From a virus, in the IMG/VR virus record IMGVR_UViG_3300028394_002011: 64,000 bases of DNA; one strand, given 5' to 3'. Of this stretch, positions 39,886-49,280 are shown piece by piece. The translations under genes were made by a program, and so were the position numbers. The notes beneath the pieces were generated by a model, which saw nothing but the letters and a program-made list of their open reading frames with translations, made no database searches and was not told the origin of the DNA. Position 1 is the stretch's first letter. The number at the start of each line of letters is the position of its first letter.

Positions 39886-40386
39886 ATGCGTATAACTGAT
39901 GTTGAACCAGGATTTATTTTTGAAGGTGAAAATCCGCAGTATGCACAACTACAACATTTATTGACAACTGCAAAAGAGCCTTGGGAAAGAAACCAAATCA
40001 AGTGGCGTATTGAAAATCTACGTAGTACCGAAGCAATGGCCGGAGAGCCCGGTGCTGGTATGGGCGCACCCAGAGATGCAAAGGGCAATTATATCCCCGT
40101 GTTGCCCACTAACGAATGGATGGGGAGAAATCCCAGCATTGTTAAAACGTTACCTTCTGATTGCTTACCTCCAAGTATGCAACAGCCTGGAGTATTAGAT
40201 AAGATCGGCAATGTTATTGGTAAAGGTGCCGATGCTGTTTTCAACTGGGTCGATAAGCAACCTAACAGCAGATCGAGTATTGAACAACAAAAACAACAAA
40301 ATCGTGATGATGCATCAGGTATAATGCGAGAAAGTGTTGAACTAAATCGCATCAAGTCATTAACTAGCAAAGTATTAAAAGGTTAA
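39886..40386 (+). CDS. Putative internal head protein
   Basis: N-terminus MRITDVE...FEGE; C-terminal ESVELNRIKSL motif shared with ORF 38268. Confidence 0.55.
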   Translation: MRITDVEPGFIFEGENPQYAQLQHLLTTAKEPWERNQIKWRIENLRSTEAMAGEPGAGMGAPRDAKGNYIPVLPTNEWMGRNPSIVKTLPSDCLPPSMQQPGVLDKIGNVIGKGADAVFNWVDKQPNSRSSIEQQKQQNRDDASGIMRESVELNRIKSLTSKVLKG

Positions 40387-40390
40387 TACT

Positions 40391-42160
40391 ATGGACATGA
40401 AGAAAATTTTACAGGCAATGGACGGCATTTCTACAAAGCCTGTAGAAGGTGCCGACAGTATGGCTAAATTTCTTCGTGTGGTTAGTGAAGCTGAGATTAA
40501 TCAGCCAGCGGTTAGACCAGTCAAAGTTCCAGAAATTCCACAACTACCCGCACAAGACGGTGATCAGGGCGATGGATCTAGAGTAACAACAAATACAGAT
40601 GGTACTAAAACTTATGCAGGTGCTTGGGGCACGTTTACTTATGATGCTCAAGGCAAGGCTATAAAATACAGTACTCCTTCATTCTCCGGAGCGAGCCAAA
40701 CAATTGATTTAACTAATAATCAAACTACACAAAATTACAATGCCGGACCAATGAATACTACCCAAACTGTCGATGCTAACGGTAATGTAGTATCACATAA
40801 TACCGAATATGACTTAGGGGTAGGTAAAATGGCCATGGGTCAAGATGCTAAAGGTATTAAATCTAAAGAATATACCCCGGCTGATGGAGAGCAAAGCATA
40901 GCATCCAAAGACATGTATGCACTGGGTAATAAAGATAAAGAAGCTACTTATAATCGTGCAATGACGCAAGTTAAAGGCACACCTGTACAAGAAAATAGTT
41001 TAAGCAAGTTTTTATCCATTGTGAGAAAAAATGATGTTGGCATCTTGAGCGAAGCAGTAGGAGATCCTGCTAATGTTTTGGATCAAGTAAATTCTTACAT
41101 ACAACTTAGTTCTGGTTTGTATCAAAAAAGTATGAGTAGTATAGAAATTAAAAAAGGACTAGTACTCCCAATTACGTTTAAGCCCTTGCCGCCATCTGGG
41201 GATTCTGCTAAGTTAATTCAAACAAATATTAATTCAGCTAATGCACGTTTGCCAAGAGAACTACAACTTTCTACAGATCAGTTATCAGATATTGTAGGCG
41301 GTGCTGACAAACCATATGCTGGTCCTACTCTAAGCGAAGGCGCTAATCCACACAAAGTGGCATTGCCAGTACAAATGGCCATGCAACATTATCAGCAACC
41401 TAAAACAAAAACACAACCGCGTGAACGTTTGATTGACAAATACTTTGTGGAAGCTGAAACTGCGATTATTCAACGCACGGAAGAAAAACGTGCATTGATC
41501 AATCAATATGCTAAAACTATTGCTGAACGTGTACTAATGAAAGAGTCCGCGCAAGGTGTGGCGGAAAATGATGTGCCAAATGATCCAAATAAATTAACAG
41601 CATCTATGCTGATGGGCGGCGAGTATAAAGAACTTGATCTAACACCACTTATAGCAAAAAACAATTGGGTAGGCACGCCAAAACAAGTTATTAATCAGGC
41701 CGATAAATGGTTAAGTGATTTTTTAAGACAACGTGGTAACATGTATTCTAATCTAAAAATCAAATATAAAGGTCTAACAATGACCTCCAGTAAAATAGGT
41801 GATGTAGATGCACCAGATCTAGAATTTGAATCAATAGCAGAAGCACCAATTGCCATGGATCCAGCTGAGCCAAACAATCCAACTATACACAATCACCAAA
41901 AAGCCAACTCCATGTCATTGAAAGGTCGCATAGCACAAGCTCGTGCGCAATTAAAAGAACTAGCTGAACTAGCAGAAAGCGACAGTCTGCTTGCTTGGGA
42001 AGAAATTTGTAAGAAAGCCAAAGGTGGCATGTTTATGGGTTTAGAACAAAATCTAGAACAAATCCGTCATGGCATTGAAGAACTTGCTAAACAACGCCGT
42101 AAAGGTGGGACTTCCAGTCGTGGAATAGATAAACACATAGGCGAAGGAAAAAGAAAATGA
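40391..42160 (+). CDS. Mosaic putative internal head protein (589 aa)
   Basis: Modules bounded by VSEA, VQEN, LSEA, LSEG, VAEN and IAEA; includes a T/N/Q/G-rich beta-repeat insert. Confidence 0.6.
   Translation: MDMKKILQAMDGISTKPVEGADSMAKFLRVVSEAEINQPAVRPVKVPEIPQLPAQDGDQGDGSRVTTNTDGTKTYAGAWGTFTYDAQGKAIKYSTPSFSGASQTIDLTNNQTTQNYNAGPMNTTQTVDANGNVVSHNTEYDLGVGKMAMGQDAKGIKSKEYTPADGEQSIASKDMYALGNKDKEATYNRAMTQVKGTPVQENSLSKFLSIVRKNDVGILSEAVGDPANVLDQVNSYIQLSSGLYQKSMSSIEIKKGLVLPITFKPLPPSGDSAKLIQTNINSANARLPRELQLSTDQLSDIVGGADKPYAGPTLSEGANPHKVALPVQMAMQHYQQPKTKTQPRERLIDKYFVEAETAIIQRTEEKRALINQYAKTIAERVLMKESAQGVAENDVPNDPNKLTASMLMGGEYKELDLTPLIAKNNWVGTPKQVINQADKWLSDFLRQRGNMYSNLKIKYKGLTMTSSKIGDVDAPDLEFESIAEAPIAMDPAEPNNPTIHNHQKANSMSLKGRIAQARAQLKELAELAESDSLLAWEEICKKAKGGMFMGLEQNLEQIRHGIEELAKQRRKGGTSSRGIDKHIGEGKRK
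41553..41567 (+). repeat. 15-nt repeat aaggtgtggcggaaa, copy 2 (encodes GVAE)
   Basis: Identical to 37771-37785. Confidence 0.6.
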
Positions 42161-43665
42161 ATTTTAGAGAACTCATTAATAAATTAGATCACATAAATGA
42201 AGCAGAAGGTCTTACTCTACAAAGTATTGCCGCTATAGAAAAAGCCGCAATGGATAAAGCTACTGACGAAAAAGCCAAAGGTGGATGGACCGGATTTACC
42301 ACATGGGATCCACGCACTGCTGGTAACGTTGCATTAGCCAAATTGGCGCAACAAAATAATTTTGAAGGTCTGTTTAATAGTGACGGTAATTTTGTAGTTG
42401 CTTTTGGTGATAGAACTTGGAGCTCGCAAGGCGACGGTAACGGCACTGCTCCGAGAGTTGTTCCACCAACACCAGATGATTGGAAGCCACTAGCCGCTAA
42501 AGGTTTAATTCCGCAAAACGCTAAAGGTCCAGCAGGATTAACTAACTGGTTAACAAGTGGTGGCGCACAAAAAGAATTTGATGCTGTTAAACAACGATCA
42601 GCAGATGCGGCAGCTAATACAACAGGCCCGGTTGATGCGGCGCAGGCTCCTAAAATATCAGCTACTGACGAAGGCGCAAAAATGACCCAATTAGAAGGGC
42701 TAGTTGATCAGTATCTTAAATTAAAAGAAGATATTAAAACTGGTGCTAATAAGACACCTGTTGCGGCCAAGAAAGATCCTATGGACGATAGTGATGATGC
42801 ATATGCAAAACCATTCGATCCGTCATGGGGTGGCACTAAGCCAACTCCAGGAGAAAAATTTCCGCCAAATGCAGGTGGTTCATGGAGCAACGAAAAACAA
42901 GCAGGCATTCCAGGTGTTGTTAAAGAAACAGCATTAGCCGCGGCCCTAGTTGAAAGTTTTGGCTATCAAAAAAAAACGGTTCTGATGCCGTTTGATAGTA
43001 ATCTCAAAGAAGCTAAAGACGACTTTGACCCAGACGAATACTTAAACAACAAATACGGCGACCCAAAAAATATAACTTCTGGTCGTGTTGATCGGCGCTC
43101 TTGGCAAGAAAAAAATGTAATAACAACAATTCCCAATGCAATATGGAACGAAGGCACTCTAACATGGGAAGATGAAATCATCCCAGGAGTATATACTTTT
43201 GCAGATTTAGGTTTTGATTTGGGACTTACTCTTGGCATTGTGGTAGCTGGTGCAATAATGGCTCCGTTTACTGCTGGCAGTTCTGCGGTTGCAGGAACTG
43301 TGATTGCTGGCAGTATACTTGTTAGAGCATTGATCAAAGTAGCAAGAGTTGTTCAACATGTTGTACGAAATATGGCTAAACCGTTCAAAGGAAACGTTAG
43401 CAACTTCTTCAAAGAAATTGGTAAAATTGTAAGGACTATAGTTGATAAGTTTTGGGATCTGTTAGCAACTAAGTTTGCCGCAAAAGCCTTATCCTGGACA
43501 ATTTTAGTTACAATAGGATTTAATGGTGCGGCAGAATTGATGAAAGCTCACTGGCCTGCGGGTTACAAAGCGACAACAGATGCTCGAGACTGGACGCTAG
43601 ATAAAGCACGTCCGGCGGTTGATTGGGTACGAAAACAAACAGGATGGGAGGAAGGCCTACAATGA
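42157..43665 (+). CDS. Putative head/ejected protein with hydrophobic helical hairpin (502 aa)
   Basis: MNFRELINKLDHINEA leader; LGLTLGIVVAGAIMAPFTAGSSAVAGTVIAGSILVRALI and ALSWTILVTIGFNG hydrophobic segments. Confidence 0.55.
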   Translation: MNFRELINKLDHINEAEGLTLQSIAAIEKAAMDKATDEKAKGGWTGFTTWDPRTAGNVALAKLAQQNNFEGLFNSDGNFVVAFGDRTWSSQGDGNGTAPRVVPPTPDDWKPLAAKGLIPQNAKGPAGLTNWLTSGGAQKEFDAVKQRSADAAANTTGPVDAAQAPKISATDEGAKMTQLEGLVDQYLKLKEDIKTGANKTPVAAKKDPMDDSDDAYAKPFDPSWGGTKPTPGEKFPPNAGGSWSNEKQAGIPGVVKETALAAALVESFGYQKKTVLMPFDSNLKEAKDDFDPDEYLNNKYGDPKNITSGRVDRRSWQEKNVITTIPNAIWNEGTLTWEDEIIPGVYTFADLGFDLGLTLGIVVAGAIMAPFTAGSSAVAGTVIAGSILVRALIKVARVVQHVVRNMAKPFKGNVSNFFKEIGKIVRTIVDKFWDLLATKFAAKALSWTILVTIGFNGAAELMKAHWPAGYKATTDARDWTLDKARPAVDWVRKQTGWEEGLQ

Positions 43666-45359
43666 ATAATCTAACTACACACATGGCAAATCTCAGGGAT
43701 ATCCTTGCCACCATAGAAAATAAAAATTTAAACGAAGGTGCGGCGGGTGAAACTGTTGAAATTTTTGCAAAACGATTACTTGGAAAAACTGGTAAGGAAC
43801 TGGTAAAAGAGCTAGGGCCACGTGTTGAAATTACTACTGTGATAAAAAAACCAAAAATAGATTTTAAAACTAAAAAACCAACCGGTGAATTTACTACTGG
43901 TCCAGAAATTACAGAAGTCTGGGAACATATGCCTGGGACTGAATTGTATGCTATTAAAACCGTTAACGGTAAAGTACCCAACAACATCATAACCAGAACA
44001 GCTGATGTTCTTAAAACTGAAGTTGAGCTAGCAGCCAAAGAAGGAAGAATTGCTATCAGTACTAGTGAAAATGTAGGTAAAGATGTAGTCAAACCAACAA
44101 CACCAGGAATTGATCCCGCTGCCGAAGCCACTGCAAAAGCTGAAAAATTAAGTATTGCTGAATTAGAAAAAAGAATTGCATCCGGAGAAGGCACTGCAAT
44201 AGAACGCAAAGCATTTGCAAAAGAATTAGAAAAGAAAAAAGCAAGCGCACCACCGGCAGAAGTTAAGAAAGATAAATTTGATGATAGTGCAGAAATTGCA
44301 AGAAAAAAAGCAGAAGGCATGAGTAGAGAAGAACTTGAAGCCGCACTAAAAAATAAAGACATCCCAGCAGTAACACGAAAAGAATTCGAAGCTGAATTGG
44401 CCAAGCGTCCAAAAGTTGATGCGCCTGCAACTATCGATGACGTAGTTGTTAAAAAGACCATTGAAAAAGAAAAAGCTGAAGTTAAAGAATTATTAGATAA
44501 TGGCACAGTCAAAGTAAAAGATGAAAATTTATTAACTAAAAAGCCTAACGAAACTCCTACTGAACAATTAGAACGTACACTAAAAGAAGATCCTGCGTAT
44601 AAAGGCGCATGGGAAGGCATAGAAGGTACCGAAAAAGAAATTGGATTTTGGAAATGGTTTAAAGGCAGAGGCTTAGTAACTCTTGCTGTGGCGCTAGGTG
44701 TAGCAGGTTCTTATCAGTATTTAAAAAATAATAAAAGCGATAAGAACGACGAAGAAGAAGTACTAGATGGTCCAACAAACGCTGATGAAATTAAGGGTGG
44801 TGAGGAAGAAGCTAGAAAAGCCGAAGAAGCTAGAAAAGCTAAAGAAGCAGAAGAAGCTAAGAAAAAAGCTGATGGCGAAAAAACTGGCACTGATACTGGT
44901 GCTGATACTGGCACTGAGAAGAAAGATTCAGGTCAAGCTACAAAGGTAACTACTGACAAAGAAAAAACTGATGTTCAACCAACAACTGAGCAAAATGCAG
45001 AATTAACAAAATTAAAAACACAAATTGACACACTTATTGCAGAATTAGAAAAATCCAAAGACCCTGCAATACAAAAACGCCTGGCGGCTGTTAAAGCAAA
45101 ATTAGGACAAGTTAATCAATCTGCTAAAACAACTAACGATGAACCAAACGATGCACCTGGGTGGTACGATATTGGACGAGGTTTTAGACGTTGGTACGGA
45201 AAAACCGGAGTTGATCCAGAAACCGGTCGAGTTGTAACAACTGGCACTACAGATATTATTCCGATAGATAAACGTAAACGAGACAAGTATGACGATATGG
45301 CGCAATCAGATTTAGCCAATCAATTAAGAAAAAAAGAACAAGCTCAAAAATCAAAATAA
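43662..45359 (+). CDS. Putative head/ejected protein with one transmembrane helix
   Basis: Start ATG 43662 (ATGA overlap); NLRDILATIENKNLNEG leader; GLVTLAVALGVAGSYQYL segment flanked by K/E-rich coiled regions. Confidence 0.55.
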   Translation: MNNLTTHMANLRDILATIENKNLNEGAAGETVEIFAKRLLGKTGKELVKELGPRVEITTVIKKPKIDFKTKKPTGEFTTGPEITEVWEHMPGTELYAIKTVNGKVPNNIITRTADVLKTEVELAAKEGRIAISTSENVGKDVVKPTTPGIDPAAEATAKAEKLSIAELEKRIASGEGTAIERKAFAKELEKKKASAPPAEVKKDKFDDSAEIARKKAEGMSREELEAALKNKDIPAVTRKEFEAELAKRPKVDAPATIDDVVVKKTIEKEKAEVKELLDNGTVKVKDENLLTKKPNETPTEQLERTLKEDPAYKGAWEGIEGTEKEIGFWKWFKGRGLVTLAVALGVAGSYQYLKNNKSDKNDEEEVLDGPTNADEIKGGEEEARKAEEARKAKEAEEAKKKADGEKTGTDTGADTGTEKKDSGQATKVTTDKEKTDVQPTTEQNAELTKLKTQIDTLIAELEKSKDPAIQKRLAAVKAKLGQVNQSAKTTNDEPNDAPGWYDIGRGFRRWYGKTGVDPETGRVVTTGTTDIIPIDKRKRDKYDDMAQSDLANQLRKKEQAQKSK

Positions 45360-45364
45360 TAATT

Positions 45365-45389
45365 ATGGCGGATTTATTCCGCCATTTTT
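45365..45389 (+). terminator. Intrinsic terminator ending the head-protein cluster
   Basis: ATGGCGGA-tttat-TCCGCCAT-tttt, immediately after the stop at 45359. Confidence 0.8.
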
Positions 45390-45410
45390 ACCTCAAAAAT
45401 ATCATAGAGG

Positions 45411-45439
45411 TTGTATTACGAAGATAACTAGTATATAAT
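45411..45439 (+). promoter_or_regulatory. Sigma70-type promoter
   Basis: TTGTAT, 17-nt spacer, TATAAT; SD taaggag precedes ATG 45464. Confidence 0.65.
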
Positions 45440-45463
45440 AGGCTTATAGTTAAGGAGACTTAC

Positions 45464-45721
45464 ATGTCAGGACGTTCATACGGTGCAGAAGAAAAGGCAA
45501 AACTAGAAAGATTGATTACAGAAGGTAGTACAGTACTTCGCGAAATTGAAGACTTGCAAGTAGGCTTAAAAGAAACAGTACAGGCAGTGGCAGAAGAATT
45601 ACAAGTAAAACCCAGTGTTATTAACAAAGCCATTAAAATTGCACACAAAGGCGATTGGCAGGCACATAATGCAGACTGGGAAGAAATTGAAGCAATTTTA
45701 GATATTACAAAACGTATCTAA
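45464..45721 (+). CDS. Small helical DNA-binding protein (T4 DsbA/GapR-like)
   Basis: 85 aa, amphipathic helices, LKETVQAVAEELQVKPSVINKAIKIAHK pattern; upstream of the polymerase gene. Confidence 0.45.
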   Translation: MSGRSYGAEEKAKLERLITEGSTVLREIEDLQVGLKETVQAVAEELQVKPSVINKAIKIAHKGDWQAHNADWEEIEAILDITKRI

Positions 45722-45743
45722 TAAGTAGTACATATAAGGGCAA

Positions 45744-45789
45744 GCGGGCCATAAACCGCAAGTTAGGTATTTGTCAGCCAAAAATGACA
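45744..45789 (+). promoter_or_regulatory. Tandem stem-loops in the DNA polymerase leader (putative translational operator)
   Basis: GCGG-gccataaa-CCGC (45744-59) and TGTCA-gccaaaaa-TGACA (45772-89); the second ends 3 nt before SD GGAGA (45793-97). Confidence 0.55.
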
Positions 45790-45802
45790 TATGGAGAATA
45801 TA

Positions 45803-48472
45803 TTGAGCTATGTAGACGCATGGTTTGACCGCGAGAATGATGTTATTAAAGTGGTCGAACGTAATAAAAAACAAGAACGTGAGTTCCGTGACATTCCTGT
45901 CAAGCACACGTTTTACTTTAAAGACCCTAAGGGCAAATTCCAAAGTATTTACGGTGATCCACTCACACGTATTATTTGTAAAAATACCAAAGAGCTAAGA
46001 AAAGAACAAGCTATCAACAGTAGCAAAAAACTGTTTGAAGCAGACATTAATCCCATCTTTGTTTGCCTAAGCGAAAACTATCTAAACGCAGAACCTCCCA
46101 AATTAAATGTAGCATTTTTTGACATTGAGGTAGACTTTGATCCAGAACGTGGCTACGCATCGCCAGATGATGCGTTCATGCCAATTACTGCAATTGCTGT
46201 CTACCTACAATGGATGGAAACTATGATATGTTTGGCTGTTCCGCCCAAGAAGGTTAAAATGGCGGATGCCAAAGAAATGGTCAAAGACTTTGACAACGTA
46301 ATGCTATATGAAACAGAAGCAGAGATGTTGGATGTGTTCTTGGACTTGATCAAAGATGCGGATGTACTAAGTGGTTGGAACAGTGAAGGCTTTGATATCC
46401 CTTACACCGTTAATCGTGTGACCAAGGCACTAAGCAAAGAAGATACAAGACGTTTTTGTTTGTTTGACCAATTGCCAAAGAAACGTGAATATGAAAAGTA
46501 TGGAAGACAAGCTGTTACATACGACTTTATTGGTCGTGTACACTTGGATAGTCTTGAACTGTATCGAAAGTATACTTATGAAGAACGACATACCTATCGT
46601 CTGGATGCTATTGCAGAATATGAGCTAGGTGAGCGTAAGACACAATACGAAGGTACATTGGATCAGTTGTACAACAATGATTTTAGAACTTTCATTGAAT
46701 ACAACATTAACGACTGTATGCTTCTTGAAAAGTTAGACAAGAAATTAAAGTTTATGGATCTTGCCAACACCTTGGCACATGAATGTACTGTGTTGTTGCA
46801 GACTACAATGGGTGCTGTGGCTGTGACTGAGCAGGCTATTATTAACGAAGCACACCGCAGAGGTTTCCAAGTTCCTAACAGAACTAAAATGGACGACAGA
46901 GAAGGCAACGAGGGTGCCGCAGGTGCTTATGTTGCTTATCCTAAAGAAGGTATTCATGACTGGATTGGTTCACTAGACATTAACTCACTGTATCCTAGTG
47001 CTATTAGAGCACTTAACATGGGGCCAGAGACTATTGTAGGACAGTTACGTCAAACACTTACACAAGAATACATCGATAATCTTGTAGCAAAAGGTAAGAG
47101 TTTTGCGGCCGCTTGGGAAGGTGTGTTTGGATCATTAGAGTATACTGCTGTGATGAATCAAGAAATTGGCACAGACATTACTATCGACTGGGAAAACGGC
47201 GATACGGATGTTGTTAGTGCCGCAGAAGTGTATAGATTAATTTACGAAAGCAATCAGCCTTGGATTCTAAGTGCTAACGGTACTATCTTTACTTATGAAA
47301 AAGAAGGGATCATTCCTGGGTTGTTAAAGCGTTGGTATGCTGAACGTAAAGAGATGCAGGCTAAACTTAAAGAAGCCATCAAGGCAGGTAACAAGGTTGA
47401 AGAAGAATACTGGGACAAACGACAACTAGTCAAGAAAATTAACTTGAACAGTTTGTATGGTGCTATTCTTAACAACGGTTGTAGATTCTTTGACAAACGT
47501 ATTGGGCAATCAACTACACTAACAGGTCGTGCTATTGCTAAACACATGGCCAGTAAAGTTAATGAGATTATTGCAGGCGAGTATAACCATACAGGTAAAG
47601 CTATTATCTACGGTGATACCGACTCATGTTATTTTTCAGCATATAAAACATTGGAAAAAGAAATCAATGCAGGGCAACTGCCGTGGACTAAAGAATCAGT
47701 TGTTCAGTTGTACGACCAAATTGGCGAAGAAGTTAATAGTACGTTCCCACAATTTATGTTAGATGCATTTCACGTGCCTAAGTCGCGTGGAGAAGTTATC
47801 AAAGCAGGTCGTGAGATTGTTGGCAGTAAGAGTTTGTTTATTACTAAAAAACGTTATGCTGTATTGTACTACGATAAAGAAGGCAAACGTGCAGATGTCG
47901 AAGGTAAGCCTGGCAAGATCAAGGCTATGGGCTTAGATCTTAAACGTAGTGATACTCCAGAATTTATTCAAAACTTTTTAAGTGATGTACTTGAATTGGT
48001 ATTAACAGGTGCGACTGAACAACAAGTATTGGATCATATTAGTGAATTCCGTATTCGTTTCAAAGCTAGACCAGGTTGGGAGAAAGGTAGTCCAAAACGT
48101 GCTAATAACATTACAGACTACCAAGCTAAAGAAGCCAAAGCTGGCAAGACTAACATGCCCGGACACGTTCGTGCAAGTATTAATTGGAACACATTAAAAC
48201 GCATGTACGGTGACAAATATAGTATGGCTATTACAGACGGTGCTAAAGTTATTGTATGTAAACTAAAACCTAATGCACTAGGTTTTACTAGTGTTGCTTA
48301 TCCGGTAGACGAGTTGCGACTTCCGCAGTGGTTTAAAGATTTAGCATTTGATCACGCAGAGATGGAGCAGACTATTATTGATAATAAGCTAGCCAACCTA
48401 ATTGGTGTTCTTAACTGGGATATTAACAGTACAGAAGAAAAGAATACCTTTAACAGTTTTTTCGAGTTCTAA
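45803..48472 (+). CDS. Family B DNA polymerase (T4 gp43-like)
   Basis: FFDIEVD (ExoI), GWNSEGFD (ExoII), SLDINSLYPS, KINLNSLYG, IYGDTDS, KKRYA. TTG 45803 sits 5 nt after SD GGAGA, so it is preferred to ATG 45791. Confidence 0.95.
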   Translation: MSYVDAWFDRENDVIKVVERNKKQEREFRDIPVKHTFYFKDPKGKFQSIYGDPLTRIICKNTKELRKEQAINSSKKLFEADINPIFVCLSENYLNAEPPKLNVAFFDIEVDFDPERGYASPDDAFMPITAIAVYLQWMETMICLAVPPKKVKMADAKEMVKDFDNVMLYETEAEMLDVFLDLIKDADVLSGWNSEGFDIPYTVNRVTKALSKEDTRRFCLFDQLPKKREYEKYGRQAVTYDFIGRVHLDSLELYRKYTYEERHTYRLDAIAEYELGERKTQYEGTLDQLYNNDFRTFIEYNINDCMLLEKLDKKLKFMDLANTLAHECTVLLQTTMGAVAVTEQAIINEAHRRGFQVPNRTKMDDREGNEGAAGAYVAYPKEGIHDWIGSLDINSLYPSAIRALNMGPETIVGQLRQTLTQEYIDNLVAKGKSFAAAWEGVFGSLEYTAVMNQEIGTDITIDWENGDTDVVSAAEVYRLIYESNQPWILSANGTIFTYEKEGIIPGLLKRWYAERKEMQAKLKEAIKAGNKVEEEYWDKRQLVKKINLNSLYGAILNNGCRFFDKRIGQSTTLTGRAIAKHMASKVNEIIAGEYNHTGKAIIYGDTDSCYFSAYKTLEKEINAGQLPWTKESVVQLYDQIGEEVNSTFPQFMLDAFHVPKSRGEVIKAGREIVGSKSLFITKKRYAVLYYDKEGKRADVEGKPGKIKAMGLDLKRSDTPEFIQNFLSDVLELVLTGATEQQVLDHISEFRIRFKARPGWEKGSPKRANNITDYQAKEAKAGKTNMPGHVRASINWNTLKRMYGDKYSMAITDGAKVIVCKLKPNALGFTSVAYPVDELRLPQWFKDLAFDHAEMEQTIIDNKLANLIGVLNWDINSTEEKNTFNSFFEF

Positions 48473-48473
48473 T

Positions 48474-49247
48474 ATGAAAATTATAATTGCAGGATACGGA
48501 TTTGTTGGTAAAGCAGTTGGACAAACATTACAAACTAAACACGAAATTGTAATTGTTGATCCAAAATATACCGAAGAACAAATAAAAGACCATCCAGATG
48601 CAGACGGATTAATTATCTGTGTGAATACTCCTACCACAGAAGATGGCATATGTGATGTCCGAAACATCGCTGATATTTTAGATACAGTGCCAATTTTTAT
48701 GCCGGTAATGATTAAAAGCACTGTAACACCTAGTGCGCTGGAAGCATTCGATGATGTATATAAAGATCATTCCGTTGTGTATAGTCCAGAATTTTTACGG
48801 GCGGCTACTTCTGCTAAGGACTTTGCCGAACAAAAGTTTATGATTATTGGCGGTGAAGATCCTGAAGGATTTTGGCAGGAGACTTTTAGTTCAGTATTGC
48901 CTAATTGTAAACTGTTTTTTCAATGTACTAAATTAGAAGCATCTATGACCAAGTACAGTATAAACTCTTTCCTAGCGGCAAAAGTAGCCTTTTTTAATCA
49001 ACTGTTTGATATATGTGAGGCAAATGGTGCAGACTATTCAATAGTGCGTCAAATGATTACACATGATCAAAGAATTGGTTCCAGTCATACCTTAGTACCT
49101 GGGCTTGATGGGGAACGTGGTTTTGGTGGTGCGTGTTTTCCTAAAGACACTCAAGCATTTATAAAATATGCCAAAACTATCAATGCACCGTTTAGTATTT
49201 TAGAAGCTTCGGCGGAATACAATGAAACGGTAAGAAAAAATGCTTGA
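48474..49247 (+). CDS. UDP-glucose/GDP-mannose dehydrogenase family protein, short form
   Basis: IIIAGYGFVG Rossmann motif, CVNTP, KSTVTP, PEFLR, KYSINSFLA, GFGGACFPKD (catalytic Cys); 257 aa, C-terminal domain absent. Confidence 0.85.
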   Translation: MKIIIAGYGFVGKAVGQTLQTKHEIVIVDPKYTEEQIKDHPDADGLIICVNTPTTEDGICDVRNIADILDTVPIFMPVMIKSTVTPSALEAFDDVYKDHSVVYSPEFLRAATSAKDFAEQKFMIIGGEDPEGFWQETFSSVLPNCKLFFQCTKLEASMTKYSINSFLAAKVAFFNQLFDICEANGADYSIVRQMITHDQRIGSSHTLVPGLDGERGFGGACFPKDTQAFIKYAKTINAPFSILEASAEYNETVRKNA

Positions 49248-49272
49248 CATAATCAAAAAACCTAAGTATAAT
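49244..49272 (+). promoter_or_regulatory. Perfect consensus sigma70 promoter
   Basis: TTGACA (49244-49), 17-nt spacer, TATAAT (49267-72); heads the tightly coupled clamp-to-modification operon. Confidence 0.85.
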
Positions 49273-49280
49273 CATAACAT

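Noticed and set aside
45803-48472. Intein or intron in DNA polymerase (or in the DnaE fragment)
   Set aside because: The length is normal for a gp43-like PolB, the motifs are contiguous, and there is no C/S...HN splice pattern or LAGLIDADG block.
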